Origin: Antedon mediterranea
Lineage: Eukaryota; Animalia; Echinodermata
Length of the DNA: 64,000 nucleotides
Direction: 5' to 3'
Assembly: GCF_964355755.1 (NCBI RefSeq)
Contig: NC_092672.1
Coordinates: 11,222,001 to 11,286,000, forward strand
In this document: positions 15,101-30,700 of the stretch, piece by piece
Position numbering within the stretch: the first letter of the stretch is position 1
Layout of the letters: each line of letters opens with the position of its first letter
Notes under the pieces: generated by a model
What the model saw: the letters and a program-made list of their open reading frames with translations, nothing else
Database searches by the model: none
Told to the model about the DNA's origin: nothing
Program-made: the position numbers and the translations under genes

Positions 15101-17697
15101 CACGTGGGCTTCCATTATGAATAACTTAAGAACATTATGCTTTTACATTTCATTTCAGTTAAACATTATTCATTATAATTATGCCTAAGCATATTTTTAA
15201 TGTGGTATATAAACATATTTGGCATTTTAAACAATGTTCTATGAAAGAAACGTTCTAAGAATACCGATAAAACTACTGTGTATAAACCCCTAATGATTTA
15301 TTTCCTATTTGTAGTAGCATTTGTTGATTGACAATATGATCTATAATTTACCACGTTTGATACGATAAATACGGTATTGCACATCTTCGTATCGCGGGAA
15401 AGTGTCTCCTTGATAGGTGTGTCTCTTGAATAGGGGTTCCCAACGGAAAGAGTCTAACTGGAAAGAAATATATCAAAATATATGGCTAGCGAAAACATAA
15501 CGATTTTTTAAGATCACTAGGAACACCGATTTTAGAATGTCGTTCTTTAGACAACTGTTTTAAGTTTTAATGCTGTTTTCTAACAACCTTCTTCCAAATT
15601 GAATTTGATCGGGGTTATGATTGTGGTTGCCCCATGCCATGGCCAGGGAATACAACCATTTTAAGCTAATTGTTAACATGGACCACATTAGTATATGATT
15701 AAATCTTTCTAACAATATACTGATAATAAAGTAATTGCACCAACTACTGCCATTATTTTGAATCTGTTCCGAATTACAAGATGTCCACTAATTAGTAGTG
15801 GTAATAATGTGAAGTGGTTATTTAGTTGTTTTTGTCCACTAATTTTCAACTCCCAGGGTCCTGCAAGCTATTGTGATGAGATGCCAATATTATTTACTAA
15901 AACTACTAGTTTACCAAGTAGGCCTGTCTATCTAGCAGACTTTACCAAACTTAGATTGTTAGCCAACTAAACCTTTCAGTGTTAACTTCGGCTAAACCTG
16001 CTTTCTTCAGTTTTCCGAAGCTACTCAGATATTCTGTACTACCGTACACTACACAATATTGGAATACTAATCTTGTTAAATTCCAACTTGACTGTAACTG
16101 TAGTTATCGAATGAGCAAACTCGCAGATTGCAAACAAAAGTGTCATAGTAGGCTACAGTAGTTATAGTCTGGTGTACACACTAGGAAACTTTATAAAACG
16201 TTTGTTTTCAAATTGAGTAAAACTCGGCTGAACTTCTGCAAACTAGATTTTGTGTTGCAGTTTGTCGAAATTTGTCAATCTTTCTACTTTCTGAAGTTTT
16301 CAAATTAAATTTGCTGGATTTGGCCTGGAAAAGGAATGTTTGTTTTTGTTTGTGAAATAAATCAAACTGCTGGAAAATCAGTACAGTTTTTGTCGTTTAC
16401 AGTATAACATATCAATCTGGATGCCACGCGGCAACTTATAGTTTATTGAGGAATTGGCAGTCGCTGTTGAAAAATGTTACTTGCCAATATGAAACCCTTT
16501 CCTAATTTTTCCTATTTAATTTCCAGCTGTATATTCTAAGAAATAAATGTAAAGAATTCAGAATCAATATACCAAATTCATGCCATATTAAGCTCTTAAT
16601 AATACATTAATAATTAGGTTAAAGGCGATTTTTTTCGGTGAAATTGAATTAAAACTTATTCATTTGTGCACCAGATTGATGGAAATCATGCCCTGATTCT
16701 GTTGATGTTTTAAAAATGACCTTACATGCAATGGTTCGATGTCAACATAATTACTATACATTTATTTCATTTCTATTATTCATAGGCCCTACATTTTTTT
16801 TATTTACCTGTGTTTCTCAGAAATAAATAATAAAATATTCAAAACCTGAGACTATCGTCACTTTAATCTCAAACTAAACCATAACTATAATCCTCTCATC
16901 ATTTTTTAATTCTTTTTTTTTATTAGATTTTTTATACATGTTTTATTTTATAAGAACCAGTAGTGTTTTCACCACACGGCGATTTTTTAACGAGTTTAGC
17001 CTCAACGTGTTCTGGATTGGCAATGCATATTTTGGCTGCACAGTTTAGATAAAGTATATTTCAATCATGAAGAGTAGGCCTATACATGATATAAATATCA
17101 CTAGTGGGTGTAATTATATTTTTTTCACAATCTTAATGAAATATCAAAACATTTTCAATTTGTTTATAATATTTGCGCTTGAATGTACGGTATCTGCTTT
17201 TCACGAACCTGACTGCAAACGTATGTGAATTCTCATTGTATTTCTTTCAATTCAAAATCAGAAAATTAATAATTTCTAACATAAAAAATATGTTATGCTT
17301 ATTTGCTATTACATGTATTATATTACTAAGAGATTCCATTAGTGTATATTTAGACTGAATAGTCTGTTATGACAATAACTATTTTTAGCTGGTGGATGGG
17401 GACCATTAATGGTAATGAGATTACAGTCCAAGGGGCGTAATTAATTATGAGTTTTGCCTTATAATTGGGTACGGTATGGACACACACAACATCAGAGCGT
17501 GGCGTACACACAAAACACTCTGCGTTGTCGACGATCCGCGAAAATGGGTACGTTTGCTTGGGCTATCATTACATCGAGTGCAGCAACAAAGTCCCTATTT
17601 TGATGGGCGTGGCTACATCATAAAATATTCGTAGAAATAATAAAAAATGTGGCCAGGTGAAATGACACTAATAAATTAAGTTTACACACTTAGACCA

Positions 17698-17711
17698 TGA
17701 CCTAATGACCT
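17698..17711 (-). promoter_or_regulatory. Perfect DR2 nuclear-receptor element (AGGTCA-TT-AGGTCA)
   Basis: The plus strand reads TGACCT AA TGACCT, ~4 kb upstream of the carotenoid oxygenase ATG. Function is unproven. Confidence 0.35.
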
Positions 17712-19021
17712 GATATCGTATTAAGATACATTTAATTTTAATAACTTAACTTGGTTATGAATACATAAGAACATTTTCAAGACATTGCACTTTTTGTAAC
17801 GACTTTTGCATACTTCTCCTATTAGGATTTACGGACCGTACGAATTTTGAAGCCACGTTTGTCTCATATTTGCAACGCTAATATTATACTGGGGTTAAAG
17901 GCCAAGTATTAGATAATAAACCGCAGGGCAGTGTAAACTTATATAAAAATATTACAATGTTTTACATAGGTGTTCATCATTTGGGAAGCCTACGCTCTTA
18001 AAACCTTATAACGAAATGATTCTTTAACCTAATTAAATGATAAAAATGCCGCAAAATAAATGATTCAATAGCCTTAAACCAGAGTAAACATATGCATATA
18101 AGGTCCTCGTGAAATATTTAAAAAATTGTACTCATTTTTGTCGAAATAGTAGATTTTATTATTCAACGATTGTTTCGCAATGCAAACAATGAAATTATAA
18201 CAGGTCGAGTTTCTGATGGTATTATGTAATACCAAGTGTATCCTTACTAATGATGGCCGTTTACGGTACTATTGCACGGTTAACAACATATTATTTGGTT
18301 CTATTTAGCTTCTTTATTTTAAAAATGTTTTGCAACGCTGGGCTGGTTATTACCTACAGTTCTCACAATACAATTAGGTGAGGTGCCCTATTTTGAATAA
18401 AGTTGTTCACACGGATAAAGAAACCTTTGTATATTCACAAACTATAACCGGTAAGTTAGGCTTCTGTAGGCCTACAATGTGTATGCTTACTTTAGAAAAT
18501 TATTAAAATTAAAATGCTCATCAAAACGTCATTTACTATACTATTTCTACTTAATTTTAAAGATCAAATGTTAAACAAATAATTATGAAATCAATTGCAT
18601 AATGATGAATCTCGTATAAAGGAAGATGTGTTGGCTTCTAAACGCCCACAAAATCACCTAAATCATGTTGTGAGTTAATGGTAATCCGTGGTATGTGAGC
18701 GTGTATAGTAATAACTAATAAGTACACCTTCTAGTAAGCCCTGATGAATCTATCGTAGGTTTTATTAAAAATACTTATTGATATCATGGGAGATAGTCCT
18801 TCTTGATTGGCTGAGGTGATGTTTAGCGTAGGAAGAAAATTACCACTGTTCCATCAGAGACTTGTATCGGCTCGTAAAAATAGTAATGCTAGAAAAATAA
18901 TATATGGGCATTATAATGAACTGATGATATTAAGAAGATATTGACATTGGTTATAAAGAGACCTACATAATTAACACGTGCTTCAATACAATTTGGCTCG
19001 ACTCGGAATGTGTTGTTAGAT

Positions 19022-19330
19022 ATTTATTTATTTATTTATTTAATTTGGATTTATATAGCGCTTTTCCAAGTGACCAAAGCGCTGTACAATTGATAATACT
19101 AAATCAACAATACTTACAAAAACAAATGTAGAAAATGGAATGGATACACAAAAATATATATATATAAAAACTATGAGGGCCTATACAAAAAGTTACCGTA
19201 ATTTCCTTAACATTATTTAGGAAAGAGATAGGTTTTTAACATTTAACAACACGAATATAAGATGGTAAGTTATTCCCTCCACAATCTAGGACCGATGACA
19301 ACATCACATTAGACCACTGTCAGCTTTTAA
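19022..19330 (-). mobile_element. Degenerate L2-type LINE 3' end remnant
   Basis: (TTTA)n tail followed by ttatatagcgcttttc..caaagcgctgtaca, the typical reverse-strand L2/L2-SINE 3' stem-loop. Confidence 0.45.
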
Positions 19331-21667
19331 TTTATTTATTTTATTTAGAAATAAAGAAATTAGGCTTATGTCTCAACATAATGCGTAAACCTAGCCATGC
19401 ACTTAAAAAGACGATTGCAATGCTGCCAACCATACTGAGAACATAACGGACCAAGATATTTGATTGTCAGAATGTTTTGATTTATAGCCATCACCTTTAG
19501 TTGAATTGCAGATATTTCTGTCTTTTACGTGATAATACTTATCACAGATTAAAAACTGCACATTGTTATAACAGAAACATGAAAAGACATTCCAAATATC
19601 ATAAAAAATATTGCAAAGACAATTCATTGAATGTAGTTTCTATATTGTTTAAAAGATATCTTAGTCACACATGTACACAAATGTTTTTTTTGCCTTGTAT
19701 CGGTTTTCAATTTGGTTTATTGATTATTTTGATTATGTGTCCCTCCACCTCATTAACAAAAGTGACCGGCATCGTTTACTACAAATATAATTTTCTATTT
19801 GATGTATGATATACGGTATATAATGATAACAGAAAAATGTTATAAATATAAAAATGCAATGAGAAATTAATGTGCGAGCTTTGTTTAAACCTACTTACTT
19901 GTAATTACTCTCCTATTATCGCGTCAGACAATACTAATCCACAATGTTTTACTTATTATATTTGACGTAATAATGAACAGGCTTAGACGAAAGGTGTCCA
20001 CTTAGATTTCATACAACACGTGCAAGTAGTTTGCTTCCTCGAGATATTGATAATGAAACCAAGTAGTTAGTTGATGAAACATATGTTTCGGGAAGCTGGG
20101 CTAATATTAAGTTCAGACCACACTGCTCAAGAAGGTGACGGCGACTGGTGAAGTGGCTTTCGTGGCGGGGTGAGTTTACGAAGCTAGGGTGACGAAAACG
20201 ATGTCAACTATTTAAGGAAAACAAACACCTCTTGTCTAATACCGAACTTAATTCTTCTGACCTATATTTGCAAGTATTGGAAGGTTTTTGTACTTTTTTG
20301 TTCTGTATATTAATCCTCACAGATTTGTGTATCCGATATTTTTTAATTACACAGCGAATCATCGTTTATGTAACACAGAAAGGCATAAACATTTTTATTT
20401 GTCATGTTTTTTTACAATTTCTTTTCAGTCTTTTGTTTGAAATCATGTAACTAGCTAGTTAATTTCTTTTGTTTATGTAACATTTTAAATTTAAAAAAAA
20501 TCCCTTCTGTTAATATATATTATTTAATGTTAACACTTCTGGTAAATTGTGTATTTTACTTTTTTTTTAAATATTGTATTCCTTATATTGAGAAAAAAAT
20601 CTCAATAAACTAACAGAAAGATAAATAGGATGTCAAACCGTTATAAAAACTAGGCCTATACAGGTCTACATTACGACGTGTCACTATTAAGTATATTATT
20701 TCCCATCCAACCCCATCCCACTCCCCATATATATATTTAAAAAAACGATCATTCATTTTGAAGGTGATCACATGCAATGTTAATTTCATGACTATACATC
20801 ATTATATCATCATACTTCAACAATGTTTTTCTTTTACCTCATTTTCAGCACGTTGAGCATGTTGTTAATTGTAACACAACAAAATAAACAGAACGTGTAA
20901 AATCATTGATTTTATATACAATAATAATATACTACGACGCATACAAATAAAGACCACTGATATGGTGCTACTGTATTCGGGGCAGCGGAAAGCAGAATGG
21001 AGTTATGTAATAGGAAACATATATATTTCAGAATAACATAACAAGAATCACATAGTTCGAAGAATTAGACGCTAAATGAACATCGGAGCAATTCGAGAAA
21101 ACAGTTTACCCTCAAGAGTGTATTATAGAGAAATTTGTAACATTTGTTCAAGATAGAAAATGAATTAATTCCCAGGATTTTATGGATGAATTTACATTGT
21201 ATATTTTCAGAATCCATTTAATATCACACTCCACCCCCTTCCGTCAATAACGATGATAATACTGTAATACTACTTGTGTACAATATTCATGATAAAAAAG
21301 TACGGTTATACAACATGTAATAGCTACTGTGATTGGTCAATGGTGTTCCCTTCGGGGATTTGGCGTTGTCCTTGAATCGCGAATTAAAACAAAGAGTGGG
21401 CAGGCCTGACTAGTAATTTAATGCTACCGCGCGGTAGATTCAGTTCACTTTGAAACTCTTATTCTTTCACTTCGCCGGTGCCTAGGCTACACATGGTCTG
21501 GTACTCACTTCTCTCTCTTTTAACTCAATCTAAGTCGCTGACTTTAAGGCTAACATTACTGCAGATGTGGATACAGACGAGAAGTAACAGGAGAGATATT
21601 TTAAAGGAACTTCTTTTACCTACCTCAGTGCGTCTGTAACAAGTGGTCACTCTCTTTTGAAGATATT

Positions 21668-21752
21668 ATGGCAGAAAAAGATCCACATTTCGCACGACTG
21701 TTTGAATCAACTGTAAAAGAACAAATTGAACCAGTTGAAACAAAAATAAAAG
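21668..21752 (+). CDS. Carotenoid oxygenase exon 1 (MAEKDPHFARLFESTVKEQIEPVETKIK-G)
   Basis: ATG at 21668 and donor AG|gtaagt, phase 1. Joins to GNIPKWIKG as expected for the family N-terminus. Confidence 0.85.
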
Positions 21753-24700
21753 GTAAGTGTTAGTTGTTTTACAGTTACACACTCACGCTTTACTGACTTT
21801 CGGGCGTTAGACAAGGGCCATGCCGGTTAATTTAGTATGTCGATATATTAGGTCAAACTTTCGCAACCGAACATACCGCAAATTTGATATTAAATCTACA
21901 TCGGAAAATAACCAAGAACAGAGTCCATCCCCATATCTGTGTAGGGCTATAGTTTCTTTAGTTGATTAAAAGTCATATTGATAGATTTGTAACCACAAAC
22001 GATACTGGTTTGATTTTGACATTATCGTTATTGGGTTAACATCGCAATGTTCACGCTATCTGTGATGCCTGAGTGATAAGGTCAGCTATATTCGAACACC
22101 AATGGATGGTACACCTTATTATCATATCAGCCAATACCTTACTCTTCTTGTTCGGCCAATATGTATGTTTTCCATCGTAGATTTATAGGGTATTTAGAGG
22201 GTCAATTCGACCTCGTTGATAGTCTGCCCTTTCGGCGTTAGGAGGTCAGTTTTAAATTCTATCCACATCATAACCTATAGCATCTGATGGCTCACGCTGA
22301 TAGGTAACATTCTCCTTCAACACTCTAAGTATTGCCTACTGTGTTCCATTTGTCTATACACAATCAACGTTAAGCACCCCTACATTGATGCCTGCGATTT
22401 TGGCTGTGTCCGCACCGTGATGTACTCATGTAGGTCCAAACCAATAGAGGCTGATTTCTTGCAAAACATGTCCAACCAATATCTTATTCATTAGAGGTGA
22501 GTGTATAAACCAATGTTAATCATACGCATATCTTTTAAAGATACACTTAACATTAATGTTTTCCATCTTCCCGATATACGGTACGCTTTCCAGTTTGTTG
22601 CCATTTTTGTCTGTTTTTAGTACAGAATAGTTGGTTATGAATGTGTCTACTACTACTAAAACTATAAATTTGATTTATTTTTAAATAAATGACAATGTTG
22701 TAAGCCATTTTTAAAATAAGGCAGTTACATAGTATAGGCCTACAGGCTAACATGAAGAACATAAGAACTGTAAATATTATTTTAGATCGATTAAATAACC
22801 TATTATTAGTAGAAGTAGTAGGCCTAACTACGCTATAGTACACGTGGTGATGATCTTGATCAGTTAACATACTTTAGAGGCCACGCCCACAAACTTTGCC
22901 ATGGAAAAGGCGGCAAAATACACAACATAAACTAACTATATGAAGCAATGAATGCTAATGTTAATCGAAGTGATGCTATCTTCAATTTGCGTCCCTATCC
23001 CCTGTAATTCCTTAATGTTATAAAAGAAATTGGGTAGGCTAATAAATCTGGGAATGAAAACTGTACCAAAAATAAATCAAAAAAGTGAATTTGTATCAAA
23101 AAAGCGTAAATCAAAAACTGCTCACGCAATCCTCACCATAAAATATCGAAATCACCGTATTGACCCCAAGTGATGAAAATGAACGGCCTAGCTACATACA
23201 ACATATAAGGCCTACATATCTACAGTCTATTATGTTATATTTTGTTGTATTACAGAACAATAAACTATAGCAAATATATAAACTAGCTGACAGGTTTGGT
23301 CATGTTTGATGGTTTAAATATTTCCTGGCTAAATTCATAAAACGATCTAAGTTACATATTTATATAAAGAGCATAACACAATCGCAGACAAAAATGGCCT
23401 ATTTCTGTTAGGTGGTTTGACGCTCTGATCCCATCCGTCATGTCTTTGCACTGTTATCTTGAAATTGATTATTTTTACAGGGTTTGGCATTCCGTGTACT
23501 TGTACAGAGGGCAATTAGCACGTGGAAGAATGTGTAAAATCGTCAAATCTGCTCTAAAGATAGTTGAGAACGTGGTAGGCCTAGATTTGAGCAGTTTTCC
23601 ACGTCGTATAATTCTTATGCGATGCATAAAATTAGTAACCTGTACATTTTCCCTAGGCTATATTATTGGCCGGTTTCTTCAGCCTGAAAGTATTTGTATA
23701 ATGTTTTGCGTGTATGTTTTTGAACATGATATAGACCAGGTTATCTTACTCTTCCCTAATATCTAGATATAGGCCTTAGTAATGTACAAGAAATAGTATT
23801 TTGGAGCCAGTTCAGCCTTTTTGAATTTATAACTTTGCATTTCGGAGCCGAAGTGTGGAAGAGAACGTACCGTACCACACTTACCAAATATACATTGAAA
23901 ATATACTCGTTTATTATTGTAAGATGCTCTAATAATAGGCCCTATCTATAGATTTTCTGATGAGAAAAAATTGTAAGTCTATCAATCACTCAATCGTTCC
24001 ATTTTAAAGCGATCAAAGATCATTGCTCATAGCCTACTGTAGTTACAGCAAAACGGTACTGTTTTTGTATCGTTAAATTGCCATTTTAAACACTCAACAA
24101 ATATATTGTGTCAAATTAAATTCGTTCATTGATAAAATACTATTTGTATTTGCCAGACATAGTAGACACCAGGCACACACACATGTGTCATATTATATAA
24201 AACCGTATGAGAAATTATCGTAATATGTTACTTCCTCGGGTGAGTAAAGTTATAGTAATATCCGTTTCAAGTTTAAATACGAATATGGAGTGTTGTAGTG
24301 AATCTACATGCAAAACGAAATAAAGCGTTCGTGTATTCGTTAAATTTAAGAAAACCGCGTTAAAAATAGAATCACTCACGCGTTTGTTCAGCATCATGTC
24401 CACGCGTGGACGTCGTTAGGACTTTGAACTTGTTGATCAAGAGAGGGCGGTAAATCATGAAAAGGTGATGTTTAAATTGTGTTGCACCATGGATTAATGA
24501 ATATTCATTAATCCATGATATTCATTATTTCATGGTTGCATAGATTTCCGAATTAGACTGCGGAATATTATTTTTGCAATAGAAAAAAATGAGTTAAGTA
24601 TGCCTGTTACAGCAGCGAAATAGATAAGCCACATTAAAAAAAATGTACAGTGGTTCATTATAGATTAATAAAGTTAATTTACCAAGCCTACGAACACCTG

Positions 24701-27700
24701 TTGGTCGGTGGTCTCCCTATCGTCGTGAACGCCGCGATCCTTTGGCTTAGCGAGTTGAGGTGTGTAGCCTATCGTGGTTCAAAGCACTCTCTTTGAGTTT
24801 ATTTTAGGCCTTTGCTTACTGTAAGCTTAATGATACGATTATTGGTATCGCAATAAGCCTAACCCACCTACATGGGATTCGCACTCTCTCACGAACAGGC
24901 TCATCGAGGTCTACTTATACTATAAACTGAAAAACGAAATGAGGAAAATGTTTTATTATGTTATGTATTGTGCAGAGTAGGCTTACGTATAGTGTTGTTA
25001 TTATATCTTCCATTATTTTACCCTTTCTTAATACAAACTAAATGACAATATATACAACTGACGGTACTGTCGCTCGTACAATGACGTAACGACTAACTGA
25101 TGACGAAATATGATTATGTATATACATTGCGTGCCTTACTGTTATATTACCATTATATATTATTTTTCAGGTCTCGGGTTTAGCCCACTAAAAACGTAGA
25201 CATTTCATTAGTTTTACTCCTATAAAACGTCTAGCGTCGAGGGTCGAATTCATCTTCTAAATTACACTCTGCTCTGACCTTCTTTAGTCACCCCATTATG
25301 GACATTATTTCAGGCTTTATTGATTTAAAATTCGTTACTTAATTCAAAGGGCATGGGTAACCAATCAAACTACTGTTTCTTGTAGTTATACCTTTACAAC
25401 GGCACTGTTTTATTATTTTGTTTGACAAAAGCGACGTTTATCTGGTAATACATTAATACTGCACTACACAAAAAACGGTTATACACAGCAACATAGTAGT
25501 CAGCCAGCAACTCCTGATAAGGAAGGATTAAAAAACTGGTATATGTCATGAATATTTACTCTTTAATACCTATAATACTATAATATTTTGAGGTTTAGAT
25601 ATGGACTGGAGCCAATACTTCGATAGAAGAACGAATTTTAGTAAATTTCCTTCGGGTACCGTCGACCTCCTCTCTCGGATGAGATATTTATAAGCGGTAG
25701 CCTAGTTTAGTCACTAGGGGTGAGTTTCCTCTACAGTCTCTACCGACTGAATCATGCTATATGGAGATAAATAAATAGCGTGTCTATACCCAACACACAA
25801 CTTAAATTCAAACATCTGTTTAGGCCTAAAAAAATTAAAAAGAATGTGCATACTTAAAATACTTTAATTTTTCAGATACGGTGCCTGATCCCATTCTCTC
25901 TATACTGTATCACATAATATCACATTATTAGCTGGTATACTTTTTTCCCACTAGAGACGATACACAAACTTAACGCAAGTGATTGATTGATTATTCGACT
26001 GTTGCTTATCATTGGTCAACCCGCTTGCGTTGCGTCTCTCGTGGGAACCAGGCTATACTGGTATAATATGTTGGGTACGATGTATATTTTTACAGATTTG
26101 GTTACGTTAGGCTTACGTTGTCACATGTGATACACATATGACACCGTATTACATAATTTACAAATGACAACATTAACGTAATGTACCGAGATAGGTACCC
26201 GTAGAATTTATCTTTTATAATCTGAAAAATTCAGCTTATATTATTGTTTGCGAATGACACGATAAGTCTATACAGTTTATATTATACAGAACCATTTATT
26301 ATTTAGAAACCGTATGTTTTAATAGATGGAGTTAAATTTGAATGGGAAATCCCCTCCTTTTTTTTATCGGCGTGTTTATTATTAACGTGACGGATTGTCA
26401 CGCATTACTGTAAGAGGAGTACAATATAAAAGTTTATTAAGCTTCAATGATACTCAAGTTTATTGGGATGGGAGTTGTGTATGATATAGATATCAAGACC
26501 GTTCTAGGTACTTGGTGTTGTTAAACAAGGCATACATAACCGTTTACCCCTCATTCGAAGCCACCCAGAGCCTGCCGCCACCACCACCGTATACGGTTAA
26601 TTTGTATTATGCCAGCGTATCATATTCGTACATCCCGTTGTTAACTTTGATTGGCTTCCAGTACCTAGCGTTTTGTTTTGATCAGTACCCTACTGCGATG
26701 CTAATTTTATGTGAAAATTGAACCGTTTTCGATTTACGTTTTTACTCTACGATTTAATAATTTTGACAATTGGAATTACTATAGGCCTACAGTAAGCTAA
26801 TGATGTGTATTGGAAGATAAGATCATGATAGTTCTATGTTTAATGTCGGTGACGTTAAATGCTGATGGCGTTGATTATTTCGTATTGATAACGTTTGATT
26901 GTTCGATGGACTACGTAGTCGACGAATATAGTGACGTGTGGTATCATAAGTAATGATAGTGATAAAGATGATGGAGCTCTGTCTACACCATCAAACAGAA
27001 TGTCTATGTTTTTTTCCAAAGCAAATGATAATAATAAATGATATTTGACTTGACTTGACCATCCTGGTCTGAGACCCCATTTCATCATTGTAGGCCCTAC
27101 ATACTATTTTTTATTGTGATTTGTGATTTGATGAATAAATGTATTTGTATTTATACTATCAACGTTTATGTGACAAAAACATGTGGTGTGCCCATATATG
27201 GACATGATGGTGTCATATCACCACCATATTTGGACATATCACTACAATATTTGGTATTAGCAGCTATAGTTGGCAAGATACCTGTATCAGCTATTAGCAG
27301 CTATAGTTGGCAAGATACTTGTAACAGTAACAGCTATTAGCAGCTATAGTTGGCAAGATACTTGTAACAGTAACAGCTATTAGCAGCTATAGTTGGAACG
27401 ATACAAGATAGATTAGCTGTTACAAAAACTAATTTAGCGAGCAATAGTAGTAACTCATTTGATGGTAGCTGGTGGTTGTTCTTTCGTTGTTCCTCCGTCA
27501 ATATATAGAGAACCTAGAATCTTGATAAAGATCCGCTTTGTATATTTTGTCGAACGGTCTAGAATGTATGAAGTTGAATTGAATGTGTAATCGTATCATA
27601 CTACTATAATAAACGTATGTTGTTGTATAATCGGAAGCATATGATACATTCGATATTTTCGGCTAGTTGATGTGTTCTATAATACAACAGTGCATATGTA

Positions 27701-30700
27701 CATATGTGCATATCAATACATTTCCTTACTTATTCGTAACTCTATTACTCCGGTTCTTAAAAGTACTTTGCTATTATTTAAAAAAATACCTAAACTGGAA
27801 AACAATACTCGTTGGTGGTACAAATGTATAAAATTATCAGTGGGTATCAACCACACAATATTTGCAGCATTAGCATCGCACAGTAGGTCTATTAGAAATG
27901 GTTAGGACATAGAAATGTAAATGTGCTACTGTACAACGGACGTTCGACCACAGTTAACCATTGTTGAATAATACTCGTATTTAATTAATTAGTGCGTATA
28001 ATATCCGAATTATACGTTTCTATTAAATACACACATGACGAACCCCCACCTATCACAGACCAGTCTGTGTTTTAATATTAATGACCAAGTGCGATCTTCG
28101 GACTTATGTTTGTCGAGGGTATTTCGACCTGGCCTGGATAGCTACGCCGGCGGCCAGCGACCATCCACTGGCTGAGTGTGTGAAAATACAGATTGGTAGT
28201 GAATGCTAAGCGATGGGTATAATTGGACCTTTATTTTGATTTCTAAATTTAGCCGGACTCTGTGCTTATTGTCTGGCAATGAGACATGCCTGGAATTCCA
28301 ATAGACTACTATTAAGGCTTCACTATCTGTCGTTCCTTGCTAGAAATAGAAGATTAATAATAGTGGGTGGGTATAACGGGATGCAATACATAGTCGTATG
28401 GGGTATTACCCCTATACCATATGTACGTCAACAATTATTATTATTGTATTCATTATGTATGATTTAGAGCCCTTCAATTCGGAATACTCTAATTGCATTA
28501 CCGTTGACCCGGAATGTTTGACCGGTTCCAGCTTCGCTACAAAATTCATTGTATATAACTGTAAAATTGCCATTACGAGATTGTAAAGAAATCTTTGTAA
28601 TGCCAGATAGAAATATTCCTCTAAAACAACTTCGCAATTAATCAAAAGGTACCAGGCATCTGACAAATCGTTATTATACTATTTTATAGGCTATTTTATT
28701 GAAATGCGGTACACACAAAACATAAATGGGTACATTCTTCTCAAAATAAAGTACATGCTAAACAGTATTACTCCCGGGGACCGAATATTGGAACAATTAG
28801 CTTGAGTAACTAAATAAAACAATAGTACACGTGTGGATAATGTTACGCGGAATTCACGGGAAAAAAATCGGAGTCCTGTCTCGAATTGGGTTACCAATGC
28901 CAAAACAATTAACCTATTTAGATCTGTGTACTTTATAGTGTGTATAAAATAGTACCAGCCCGACGGCGAGCCCTCGCAGAACAACTTAAATGCGTCAAAT
29001 ATCATTTTCACCAGACTCGAATGTTCTTTTTTTTTATCAGCTTTTATTAAATATGTATTTATTTTATTTATATACAAATTATTTCCCTCCCTCCTCACAT
29101 TTATTTAAAGCCGCAGACCATTACTATTGGCCATTTTATTTTCCCCATATATAGTTTTATTTTCCATGATATAATTAGCCCCTATCGTGTTTGGTATCAC
29201 GGCAATTTTAAAAGCCTGCATAATAATTTTATATCCTGGAAAGGAAGCTAAACATTTTTAATTTACCTTATGTAGATATTAAGCAGGCCTTTGCGACAAA
29301 TTTTGTACTGTATTATGTTATCTTTTATTAACGTCTTTAGTTTTTTTTTTATTACTGTAGCCCTATGTTTGCATACCTCCGCGCCTAACTCCGGTACCTA
29401 TGTTTAAAGCCTATCTTTTGCGAACAACATTTTCAAGTAATTATGTCTTCAATCCTGTCGTTATAATGATTACTGTACTATGTTTACCAGTATTCAGATA
29501 ATTAAGATAAGTTATATCATATTGGTTTATAAGTGAGCACTAAAATAAACCCGACGGTATCTGTATTTTCAATGTTTTCTTACTATAAATATTTACAAAC
29601 TTTAACTCAATTACCTGAGATATTATTCAAAATTAATTTTCCACTTGTGTATAGATAGTTGATATGTCTCTTATCTATTACCTCACATACAGTTATGAAC
29701 CATTAAAAGGGAACCACTGTTTGCATTCACACTTCAAACAACTCAAAGTCAAGGTCATTGGAAAGATAACGATGATAGCAACACTTACACCCTGTAAACA
29801 ATGTCTCCATTTAAGCTTATCATGCAGGAATATTTATCAAAAATGCGTCGCACCTAAAATTCTTGGGACAGACTTCCCGCGTTCTTCAATTCAATGTAAT
29901 CATATTTGTATGCATGGCACATCAACTAGAACATCGGTAGATATTTACCGGTACTGCCAGTTACACTCGTGACTACTAGATGCGACCATAGAGATATTAT
30001 AGTGAACTCACTATAATATCTCTATGATGCGACACACGACGCTAAGGATCGACGATAAATGGATACACATACATTTTTCTTACAGAAATATTCGAAAATT
30101 GTTTATTTAGAACTACATGATAACCAGTTACGTTGATGATAAAATGAATATTTTAAAAAAGTCAATAAAATGACGTTATGATCAAAAAATGATTATAACC
30201 AGTTGTGTTTTTAAAGTTAAAAATGAAGTTTCCAATCATCCCCAGACACGCAACATAGTCGTAATACCGGTATATTTTGAGTACAACCAGAATGTGATCT
30301 TTATCACGGTCTATTTCTAGAAAATGTCTAGTCAAATTACATGGTATGTTACCATAAAATAATGTTACCCCTCCCTTCGGGAAAACAATCTATAAAGCCG
30401 TCACATGATAAGAACGTTGTGTATAATGTAATACACAGAGTCAACGAACCTAAAGCCTTACTACTACGATAAGTTGTTAAAATATTAGCCTAAAGTCGAT
30501 ACGAAAGACCCGCAATATCTCCATCATTGCCTTTAATCAAATAGTTTTGACATCTGGTTTTGAGCCGTTTCCAGGGTTGTCGTGACCTAGATTTATGAGA
30601 CCGTATTCATTGTCAAGGCCAGCACAGTTTCGACGATGAAGATCATTATTTTTTTGTTATAGAGGGCGCAATAGAAATGTATGTGTCGAAAGTGTCTGAC

